A stretch of 64,000 nucleotides of DNA from Takakia lepidozioides (lineage: Eukaryota > Plantae > Bryophyta): positions 9,548,001 to 9,612,000 of the forward strand of contig CM060733.1 of the NCBI GenBank assembly GCA_030704615.1. The letters run 5' to 3'. The notes under the pieces were generated by a model. It worked only from the letters and a program-made list of their open reading frames with translations. It made no database searches and was not told the origin of the DNA. A program made the translations under genes and the position numbers. Shown here in pieces: positions 1-11,107 of this stretch. How positions within the stretch are numbered: the first letter of the stretch is position 1; each line of letters opens with the position of its first letter.

Positions 1-2470
1 ATCATCTGCCTCGTGTTGACGATCTGTTGGACCATACATATGGGAATCAAGTTTTTTTCAAAACTTGATCTTCGATTTGGATATCATCAGACACGAATCA
101 AGCATTCTGACATACCAAAGACTAGATTTAGGTCCCGCTTTGGGCATTATGAATTCTTGGTGATGCCATTTGAGCTCACAAATGCTTCAGCGACATTCAC
201 ACACCTAATGAATTCCCTGTTTCAAAAATATTTGGGGAAGTTGGTCCTAGTCTACATGGATGATATATTGATAATATACTCAAAGACTGAAGAGGAACAC
301 AAACGACATCTACGCTTGGTCTTAGACATACTGAGAGAGAACCACCTGTTTACTAATAGAAGCAAGTGTGAGTTCTTTCATGTAGACCACATGGATTACT
401 TGGGGTATTGCGTCTCTAAGGATGGAATCTCAATTGATCTCAAGAAAGTCCAAACAGTGGCTGAATGGCCTAAGCCAAGTGATAAAACTGATCAGGTCAG
501 GAGCTTTATAGGATTTGCTGGTTTCCTATGGAAGTTTGTCAAGTTTTTCTCAGATTGCAGCTCCATTAACTGACCTGCTTAAGGACTCAAGTCCTGTAAG
601 CTTAAAAGATGTCTGGACAGGAGGATGTGATGTCAGTTTTGAGAAATTAAAGTTTGCTTTGGCACATGCTCCTGTACTAAAATTGCTCGACCCTACTAGG
701 GAAGCAATTGTACTCTGTACTGATGCAAGTGATCTTGCTATTGGGGCTGTGTTAATGCAAGATGGGCAAGTGATTGCCTATGAATCTCGAAAGATCAATC
801 CAGGAGAGAAGAATTCTCCGACTCATGAAAATGAACTGTTGGCAATAGTTCATGCTTTGAAAATATGGAGGCAAATGTTATCTGCTTCCAGTTGATTTTG
901 TAATAGAAACTGACCATCAGAGTTTGAAATACTTGACCACGCAACCTCATTTGAGTCAGGGGCATATTCGATGGTCAAAACTGCTTCAACAGTTCCATTA
1001 TGACCTGAAGTATGTCAAATGAAGTGAAAACTTGATTGTTGATGCACTTTCTAAGAGACCATTACAAGCTAATGTTGTCTCATATATCAGGAACAATATA
1101 TTTCAGGACATTAAGGGTCAGTATGAGATTGATGGATTTTTCAAAGAACCATTTAGGAGTTTGTCTCGTGACCAAAAGACTTGATCCATTGAAAAGGAGA
1201 AATATCGGTCATACCTCTTGAGAGATGATTGTTGTCTTATAATGGTCGGTTGTGCATTCCCATGATCCTAGGCCTGAGATTGCGAATTATTCATGATAGT
1301 CATAATGTTCCAAGCTCAAGACACCCGGGCTTTCAGAGGACCTATTGGTCAATACGAAAGAACTACTTCTGGCCAGGTATGATCAAAGATTATGTACAGA
1401 GATGTTTTCCCTGTCAGGTTTCGAAATCAGAAAGAGTCAGACCTCCTAGATTATTGCAACCTTTGTCTGTTCCTGGATGGAATTGGGAATCCATTAGCAT
1501 GTATTTCACTGTGGCTTTGCCCAGGACAAAAAATGGCCATGACAGTATCATGGTGGTTGTAGATAGGCTATATAAGATAGCCCATTTGATACCTATAAGG
1601 ATGAATGCTACGACATTTGATGTTGCATCCTTGTTCATGAAAGAGATATTCAGGGATTCAAAGTTTACTAGTCGCTTTTGGCTGACTTGTTCAAGAAATT
1701 GGGAAGATAAGACTAAGTACGGCCCTTCCCCCAGAAACAGATGCCCAAATAGAAAGAACCAACCGTACAATTGAAGAGATGTTAAAGATGTACCTTGGTG
1801 AGAGACATCCCACTTGGGAACAGCACATCTTGTACTTGGTGCGAGAATAAATGCCTATAACAAGCATTTACACAATGCCATTGGCATGAGTCCATTTGAA
1901 GCCTTGTATGGACGACATTTCTTACCTCATGCTTTGCTTGTTACACCACCATCAAAATGTGTAGAGTGTAAATGACATAATCAAAGAAATGCACTTGTAC
2001 TAGATCTGGTAAAAACGTAGTATATAGGGTACACAAGAACGGTCCAAGTTCTTTGCTGATGCAAGCATAGGATTTTTCGTGAATTCTCTGTTGGTGATAT
2101 GGTGTTCTTGAAGGTTAAGCCTAAAAGAATCAACTCGATGCTTGTCAACTGTTATAAGCTGTCACCAAGATTTTGTGGCTCATTCAAAATCCTAGAACAC
2201 CATGGTAAAGTGGCCTATGAGTTAGATCTCCCTTCTACGTGGAAGATTCACAAAGTTTTCTATGTTAGCCTTCTCCGGAAATATATGTCAGACCCGTCAC
2301 ACATCTTGCCCACATTGCCTCAAGCTATAAGTGATGGTCAGTTGATGGCTGAACCTAAAAAGGTTTTAGAAACTCGAGTGAAGCATCTGCGCGACCGATC
2401 TTACAAAGAACACTTGATTAAATGGTTGCACTACCCAGCTCGCAGAGGCTACATGGGAGAAAGAAGATGA
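1..2470 (+). pseudogene. Degenerate Ty3/gypsy (chromovirus-like) pol: RT, RNase H, integrase, chromodomain; begins before the window
   Basis: Consecutive broken ORFs give FSKLDLRFGYHQ...VMPF...VYMDDIL (RT), CTDASDLAIGAVL...HENELLAIVHALKIWR (RNase H), H..H...C..C and MVVVDRL (integrase), and L.PRFCGSFKI plus HLIKWLHYP (GPY/F region, chromodomain). Many frameshifts and stops. Confidence 0.92.
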
Positions 2471-2537
2471 ACTAACATTGAGTTATCCCTCATTTTCTGT
2501 CACTGAGGACAATGATGTGTCTTTGGGAGGGGGAGCT

Positions 2538-3409
2538 TGTTAGGTGCCTATGGAGCTCAGACTAGAACTGTGAACCAGTTCGCCAGAGAAGAAGGTAACC
2601 GCTGAAGTTTCGGCAGCTTCTTACGGACAGCTGTCGTGACTTTTAAGAGATTGGGGATTCGAGAAGAAGAGGAGAACTGGAGACGATGGCGAAAAAGGCT
2701 GGGCTGCAGATCATTGAAAGAGGCTGAAATTGAAAAGAGAATGTACAGAGAGAAGAAGACACGGTGTGGAGGCTGGGTGGACCGGAACCGGTACTGTGCT
2801 GTTAGACGTAGTTGAAGGAGAGATGGTTGCTGGTTTGTCTTGCTACAGTTCTCAAATCAAAACTGTGAGCATCTTCTATGTACAGAGTAAATCCTTGTAA
2901 ATCAAGCGAACAACTCTTTAAATTGGAATGAGATCAAACTGAGTTCGACTCCTGTGTCACTGTCGAGAACTGGGCTGAATTCGTAAGAAGTGCTACGCTT
3001 GAAATCAGTTGAGAAACCTGATAGGCCATCAGAGCTTAAATAGTTGATGTGCTTTGAATGTGGAAAAGCACATGTGCTTCTCCCTGAACCTCGCTTCTCC
3101 ACCTGCCAGCTGATAATAAAATATATGACTGTATGTTATTTACGTGGGCATTTCCTGCCTCCTAGCTATTGTTTTCTTCCTCCTCGGACTCGGGTTCTTG
3201 GTAGCCAGCGTCATTTGTCTCTGAGTACCAACACTGTGTCAATATTTCTTTGGTGGGGAAATTTGTAAAATTGATCAGCTCTCTAATTGAGGTCTCTTTG
3301 CCTGACAATACGGTGTCAAAGCATTGGCCGAGTTTATGTACCCACATTGAATGCAAGTCCTTTTGAACAGCTAGTGGAGACAATCTAGTCTCCACTAGGC
3401 ATCCTAACT
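2538..3409 (+). repeat. Probable 3' LTR of the chromovirus-like element
   Basis: A polypurine tract (gggagggggag, 2525-2535) precedes TGTTAGGTGCCTATGGAG at 2538. An imperfect inverted terminus (ctccactaggcatcctaac) lies at about 3390-3408. Confidence 0.6.
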
Positions 3410-5144
3410 CCACCAGCATAGATTAATTGGTCCAAAATCATGACCAACCAAGGAACTGACTGGACCAGGATATGTAAGTGTGTCGCTGTTCCTCAATTGG
3501 CTTGTTCGCAACCACCACATCTCTCAAAGGAAGGCCAGTGGAGAGATTGTCACCGCGTCCAGACTCCAGACTCCTTATCAAAGCTTCTTGAAGAGGAGGT
3601 TGTCGCCGCAACTGTCCCTGAATCACCAGGATGTACATAAAAAGTCTGGCATAGAAGGGGGAGTTTCAGTAGGCAGATCCCTACCCGAGGATAGATCTGA
3701 GAGGGAGTCATTGAGTAGAGCCATCGATCACAGGCACTGGGCCCCACCAGACTAATCCCGCAGCCGTCGCCGGGCTAATCGCCTCGTACGTCACACCACT
3801 GGGACTTGACGCGATGTCCACAGGAGGTACCATCCCCTTGTTCATAATAATCTCAGCGGATTTGTTTTTAATTATTAAAATTAATTTATTATTTTCCGCG
3901 GATTTACGGTGGTAGGTGGAGTACTTTATTCACATTGTTTGGCGATTTATTTTACTGGGTTAAAATTATGGATTTCCTACCACAATTCCACTGACAGGCA
4001 GGCCGCACAGTTTAGCCAAAATGGCTCACTATGTACCCCAACTCCTTTGCCAAGTTTGGGAAGGTCAGGCAACCCGACGGTGTGGGAAGAGTGAATAGCG
4101 TGGGGCCACGGGAGGCTTGGAGAGGAGGGAAATGGCTCGACAGGGTGACTACTTCAAAAATTTGAACTATGAAACCCTTTAGTCACCATCAGCTAAACTA
4201 CTAGTTATGGCCTTTGCTGGCCAATCTGGACAGTGCACAATGTAAGATTGAGGATTTACACCCTGGAGAATACTATGATATCAAGCCGATAGCTTCAATA
4301 TATTGGAGATAAGAAGGTAAAGTCAAAGCTCTGGTATTTGCAACCATTCTGTTTCATCGGATCTCAGTTGCATTCCTTAGTTTCCAATCTGTCTTAGATT
4401 TTTGAGGTATGCAGTGCAGAGCTCATTTAGGCCCACAGTGACAGCCTTCCCCACTACACAATTAGAACCTCCAAGCCAAATTATCGTGTGCTATAACACA
4501 TAATAATGATTGTTGATGCCGGCACGCATGCACACACAACCAGCGAGACAAAACCGCTGTCACAGGCAGATCCAAGGAAACAGACAAGTGGTTGCCTCCC
4601 CGAAATGGAAGTAAAATCTACCAAAACACCTTAGGCAAAGAAAATATCCATGCATTTGTTACTTTTCAGCCTGCAGGCAGGAGGTGAAGGACCTCAGAGC
4701 GAAAATTCAGACACCTCGCACCTGGATCGACACCTGTAGTATTGACAGATCCACAGAAATGACCATACCCTTGCCCAGTAGTTGCAATCATCTAATTAAG
4801 AATGTCGCTAATTTGGTATTGAAGTTGAAAGTTTCCCAAACATTGCCTGGGGGATGAAATTGTTGCAATTCTAACTTTGAACCCCCCAGAGGACTAAGTA
4901 AAGAATCCTTCACTAATTCTTTCAAGCAGGATAACTGGTCAAGTACCACACAGTTCTTCTACGACATGGAACATCAGAATCCTGGATTAAACTTACCACC
5001 CCTCAAGAGCCTGGATAGTGCAAAGTACAATATCAGTGAGGCCAACCAGTTTGAGCCATCCGGTACCCTGCAGCCCTCTACATATGGGAAGCATGCCACG
5101 GGATGGTGCAGGCAGAAGGCAGCCCACCATCAGTAGTGCGGTAT

Positions 5145-8100
5145 TCAGAACTGACGGCGACGTTTATGGGTTAGTTTATCAAAGAACTCCTGGATGTCAG
5201 AACTGGTCACCGTCTTTCCCGATTGTCCAAAGGGAGCCTGATTGCGATGGCAGCAGACAAGTCATCAAAAGTGTCAGGGGAAATCCAATAAGAACAGGCT
5301 TGCACCAAATTAGAACTCTATCAGACAGCAATTGAGGGGCAGATAAATGAAATGAAATGAAATGGTGCTTTATAACGTCGGCGGAAAGCTCTTAGAGAAA
5401 AAACAAGAATTGCAATAAACCTGAGCCCAATTTGGACCAAGGGAGTAAGGGAAAAGAGGAGAAGGAGAGATGTGCTCATCGACCATCCCCTGCAATAGGC
5501 GGCTATGTATAGATTGTACTCATAAGACGTTGTTTGCCGTAGCCTTGTGGCCATTGACCCCGCGCCCAGTTTGAGCGGGAACAAAAGGGACAGAACCTAC
5601 CTCTGTCAGGGGCTGAGGTTGGTAGTAAGACTTACCTTCATATATAGAATTAATCCGGGTTTTCCAGATATCCTCTAGAAATCCCTTCACACAAGCATCA
5701 ATCTGCTGTGTGTGATTTGCCCAAAAACTAGGCCTCAGGAGGGCCTGGGCTTTTGGCTCAGCCTCGAGACTTTCAAAGTTGGTAAACAGGGGTACAGGCA
5801 CAATTCCCTTGATAGAGTTGAAGAGAGCGTCTCTTTGGTGAGAGAACCCCGGACAGTGTATCAGAAAATGAATACTGTCTTCAGATTGCCCACACAACGG
5901 GCAATTGCACTCTCCCTTTCCTCTCTGCTTCTGTTTGCTGTTCAAAGGTAGGCTTCCTGCCCTGAGTTTAAATTTCAGTCTAGTGCCGAGAGTGGGTAGA
6001 CCCTTGAGGTCATCCAAGATGTCCTCCCCCATGTCACTGACTGGAAACAAGTTCAGGGAAGTTTTCTGCCTAACTTCATTTTCATCAGACAATCTCATGG
6101 CAACAGACATGGCTTTGGACACTACAGCCTCTAAGTCAGATTTATCCAGCAGGGTCAAGACTTGCGGATCCAGGTCCAGGTCCTTGAGAATCTCTTCTAC
6201 TCTCTTCTGCCAGGACTTAGCCTGTTTGACAGGGCAGTGCTGTTTCCAAGATATAGAGTCGATTAACTTAGGATATCTGGCTATGTATAGATTGTACTCA
6301 TAAGACGTTGTTTGCCGTAGCCTTGTGGCCATTGACCCCGCGCCCAGTTTGAGCGGGAACAAAAGGGACAGAACCTACCTCTGTCAGGCGCTGACATTGG
6401 TAGTGTGACTTACCATCATATATAGAATTAATCCGGGTTTTCCAGATATCCTCTAGAAATCCCTTCACACAAGCATCAATCTGCTGTGTGTGATTTGCCC
6501 AAAAACTAGGCCTCAGGAGGGCCTGGGCTTTTGGCTCAGCCTCGAGACTTTCAAAATTGTTAAACAGGGGAACAGGCAAAATTCCCTTGATAGAGTTGAA
6601 GAGAGCGTCTCTTTGGTGAGAGAACCCTGGACAGTGTATCAGAAAGTGAATACTGTCTTCAGATTGCCCACACAGCGGGCAATTGCACTCTACCTTCCTC
6701 TCTGCTTCTGTTTGCTGTTCAAAGGTAGGCTTCCTGCCCTGAGTTTAAATTTCAGTCTAGTGCCGAGAGTGGGTAGACCCTTGAGGTCATCCAAGATGTC
6801 CTCCCCCATGTCACTGACTGGAAACAAGTTCAGGGAAGTTTTCTGCCTAACTTCATTTTCATCAGACAATCCCATGGCAACAGACATGGCTGAGGACACT
6901 ACAGCCTCTAAGTCAGATTTATCCAGCAGGGTCAAGGATTGCGGATCCAGGTCCAGGTCCTTGAGAATCTCTTCTACTCTCTTCTGCCAGGACTTAGCCT
7001 GTTTGACAGGGCGGTCCTGTTTCCAAGATATAGAGTCGATTAACTTAGGATATCTGGTGTTGGGCATATGTTGCAGCTGACCCCACCATCTGACCTTGAA
7101 TTCATCTCGTCGGGAGCTTAAGGACGGAATGCCAAACTCACCCCGAACAGCCACATTGGCTGTTTTGGAGCATGCTGACATACACTCCTTAAGCACCCCC
7201 ACTTGAATGGATTCTAGAGAGAGAGAAAAAGAGAGAGCAGGTGGGCAGTGTAAAGGAGGGTCTTGGCCTTGACTGAGAAACAAACTTGGAAAAACAAGCA
7301 ACCAAGCCAACTTCTGTTCCACCAAACCAAGAGGGCTCACCAAAAAAGACTTGAGTTGTGTCGTCATATCATTTAGGCCATGAAGTAACTCTATACGTTG
7401 CACATGGCCCATCTTCTGCATGAACTGTTGTCCAGCACCTTCAGCCCGCACCAGCGCCTCCTCTCTCTTTCGCTTTGCAGTAGCTTCATACTCCTGGACC
7501 CGTTGTCCACCCAGTCAGTTACATCGGGGATTTTGGAAACCAATATGTCCCATGAAAAATACCTTAAATGACCCCCAAACTCCTTCAAATTTTCATCTGA
7601 TTATAAGATGACTCGACATTGACAGATGTTGGATTGATTTGATTTCATAGGGAGTGATAATGGTACTAGCTCAGTCCTGCAGGAGAAAGCGACCACTCAA
7701 TCCATTCTCTGTCTTTTGTGGGAAAATACCGAATCCCACTCAAGTCAATAATATATGACCTTTGTCATGGTAAGATACTCTGCCATAAACATGGGAAGTA
7801 CAGCACATTGGCTGCAACTTTTCCCTTAAATGAGTCTAGAGTCAGCAGCAGTTCAGTGCTAGTATTTGAATCAGGCTACACATCGTAGGTGGGTGGTGCT
7901 ATTAGGAAGTACATGGGACTACATCCACCGAGGCTGTCTGAATTAGTAATGCAACAAGTGTTAAGTTCCCTTCATCTCCTTACAGCTATACATGAAAATG
8001 ATTTCAAGCCTTACTTGCAATGTGTCCTCTTGATCCAGCACATAACCAACCCCCTTCGCTTCATACAATTTTAGGCAAGCTATGCACCGGCATAGCTGTG

Positions 8101-10603
8101 ACCTCCAGTCCTTCGCCAGAAAAACTGCCTGGCCAGGCTCAATGCTCAGACCGTCAACTGCAAGTTTGCCCTTGCATGAGGATCCCGAGCAGCTGTCACC
8201 ATTTGCATGAGCACTGTCAGAGCTGCAGGTCCCAAAAATCATATCCTGGGTTTTTGCTGCTAGATCTGCTCCCCTCCCTAACTTGCAAACCACCACCCCT
8301 CCTCCTGAAGATTCTGGTTTGGCCGCAGTGGCAATGTTTTTGTCTTGACTTGCCATTTCCAAAGCCACACTTGCACCGTTATTTTCTCTCTCATCGCCAC
8401 CTGTCATGGAAACCCCAACATAATAATCAAATTAACAAAAGAGCCTGTCATCATTTGAGGCAACCACATCGAGGCCCACTGCTCACACCCTGCATGACAA
8501 CTTCAATGAGTAATCCTCAGGACGAAGCGATCAGCTGACCACAGCAGAAATCCTGGATTTTCATGACACACTTTTGCCATAACTGCACACTTTTGCCCTC
8601 CCATGGAAATAGTTTTAATCATAGCATACTACAATTTGCTCATACTTTGGCAGGGGAGAAAAATGTCTACCTGTAGTGATAACCTTCTCTGGAGCTTCCT
8701 CAGCTTCTGCTGGCATGGGTGCAATCAGCAGCTCTGGGTACCTGGAGATGAAGGAGCACTGAGACACACAGGCCTGGCACACCAGCTCATCAAATGTAGG
8801 CTCCCCCTCCTCATCTCTTGGAGCCTGCAACAAGCAATGGCTGCCACCTTCAATCAAATCGAAATAACACCACCACCAATCTGAGATCATACAAGCCCCA
8901 ACACTAAAACAAAGTCATATCTCACGGAGAGGAAAGAAGTAGAGATTGATTGGCATCCCTCCCCAAACGCTCTTTCCTTCTTTTCCCCCCCCACCTTCTC
9001 TCTCCCATCTTGCAACTGAGATGCCACTCGCTAAGCAAGAGCTAAAGACTGCTACTTAATGTATAAGCCCATGTCCTGCACAGGAAGTGGGCTCCGCCCC
9101 TGCCTGATCTCTCCTGGAGCAATGTCATGGAAATGCACCTGGAGGGATAGTGGGAGGCCGAGATGGCACTCATGAAACCAATCCTCACATATGCAGCATT
9201 GAAGCATCTCGCCCTGGTCAACTCCATCAGGATCCGGATATGGACGGTGGCACACACAGTAGAGACCCCTGTAGTTTTGGTTGTATGTGTTGCCTCTGTT
9301 CTCAGGCTCTTTGTCACCGCACAACTTGCATATAGCACCTCCAAATTTAGAGTTACCACAGTCACAGCGGAACAGTCGCCGGGTCCAAAGTTCAACCACC
9401 TGGCATCATATAAAATCTTATGCTTGGTTTAACTCTTTCCACTGGCCCAAGTCTGACTCAAGAATCATCTACTAATAGTGACACTCCTGCTCAAAGGGAG
9501 ACCCTTGAGCAAAGCATCTTTATCAACCTTCCTTATGCACCATGCATTTCTGCAATCAGACCTTCCTGGGCCAGAAACTTAAGAGGGGGATGGGGCTTAC
9601 TTCGTGGCCATCGTGACAAGCTAATGAACAGGCAGTGCAAAATCCGGCATTGCCACCTGGTGTGCAAGTGATACATGCAAACACAGCCTGGCGCTTCATG
9701 TAGCCGTTGCCGTAAGTGCACTCCTTTCCTTCATCGCCCCCCAAAACTAAGTCCGCTTCCTGCATCCAGTTCCCCCCATTGTCCCAATCTGTCTTCATGA
9801 TATAATACAGACAGTAGGAGGTACGTCCTGCACTGGAAGCATACAAACACTCGAGTAACAAGCAGTTAATATCACCCACCCCGAGCTCCGTTTGTTTGTC
9901 TGTATCCCCCTTTCACCACCCTTTGGCCTCTTTAACTTGACCCAACAGCTGATCCACGGGGACACATCCATGAGTGACATGTTAGAAGATCTCCGCAACG
10001 GCAGGATAGTAGTAACTCTGAAACTATCAGCACTATGGACTCCTCCCTGCCAGATACAATTCCAGTCGGCGGCTGTCATTTTAGTAACGCCTGGGCACCC
10101 ACAATTCTAGTTGCAAGTTCTCAAAGGAAATCTTCAGGAGAAGCACAGCCATCACTTGGGTGAAGATTGAAAAGGACAGACCACAACCGACACACAAAAG
10201 TGTTTGGGTCTGGACGGGCAATAGACTATCCTTTCGTCCTGGTCTTCAGTGAACAATAATGAGACAAGAATGATGTAGGGGGAAAGTGACTACAACGACT
10301 GATGGGACTAATTGTAACCATTGGATAGCAAAGTTTACTTCGAACGATTTCGTCAAATGATGTCAAGCCATAAATTTGGAGTGGAGACAGCGCTGAGCCT
10401 GAGCGCATCGAGCACGCTCACAATCGAAGAACCAAGTCAGCAAAAGAGAGAAAACAGAACAAGGCGAGGAATGACATAGGAAGGAGAGAGGCAGGCACAA
10501 TGTGGGAAAGAGAGAAGGAATCTACCAGTTCCCGAGCCTCAATGTCCTCCATATACTCAGATAGTGTTGCAACAGGCTCATTGTCCACACTCGTCTCCTC
10601 CAT
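5145..10603 (-). CDS. UBR7: UBR7-like E3 ubiquitin ligase (UBR-box zinc finger + PHD finger), 7 exons, about 427 aa
   Basis: Exons 10603-10526, 9759-9601, 9399-9139, 8824-8671, 8400-8015, 7493-7341 and 5237-5145 all have GT-AG boundaries with matching phases. Motifs: ECTYGNGYMKRQAVFACITC...CSLACHDGHE, ELWTRRLFRCDCG, YNQNYRGLYCVCHRPYPD...MLQCCICEDWFH, WRSQLCRC, and C-terminal VTSSDIQEFFDKL. Confidence 0.93.
5344..7216 (-). mobile_element. 5'-truncated non-LTR retrotransposon (LINE 3' end) in UBR7 intron 6
   Basis: C-terminal ORF2-like peptide (AVRGEFG, LKFKLRAGSLPL, CCHC finger CPLCGQSEDSIHFLIHC), a short 3' UTR and an (ATTTC)n tail at about 5344-5363. Confidence 0.8.
5501..7057. repeat. Direct tandem duplication of about 778 bp within the LINE
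   Basis: 5501-6278 and 6279-7057 are near-identical (ggctatgtatagattgtactcataagacg starts at 5501 and at 6279), with scattered substitutions and a 1-nt indel. Confidence 0.95.
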
Positions 10604-11107
10604 TTTCTTGTTTTACGCCCCCTCAATCTCGACGTCGTTACCAATCTACCCAACCTTTCTCTAAACAATTGTGGGTCCTCTATGCAGTCATCTAGCAAGT
10701 GCTCACGGGCTATGAATCTAAGAGAAACCACCGAAAGAATCTAGGCTTGTACGAGAAGAACCGGGGGGTGAATGTTCCCGCCAAAACTACCCGTACTTCC
10801 TGTTATCCACCGAGGGAAGGAGGGTCGTCGGCCTCGGGCAGTGAAGCACGCCCAAACATGAGATCCTAAAGTGTACATATTTCTCGGAAACTTTCTCTCT
10901 CTTCCTTCCGAACAAACTGTGGCAACGCGACCCTTCATAACATTTCTTTATGTTTGATATTTGTCTTGGGACATTTGTCGAAGATCGAGCAGTGCAGGAT
11001 GTGATGTGAATTGACTCCAGATTCATTATAAATCTGATGGACCTCGGACACTTTTTACTTGTTTTTGGGCTCAAAACCGTTTGTACACGGGGTGGGTGTA
11101 CGAAGGA
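10604..11107. promoter_or_regulatory. Candidate bidirectional promoter/5' UTR region between UBR7 and PPR copy A
   Basis: About 500 bp separate the divergent start codons (10603 on -, 11108 on +). Position only; no core element identified. Confidence 0.35.
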
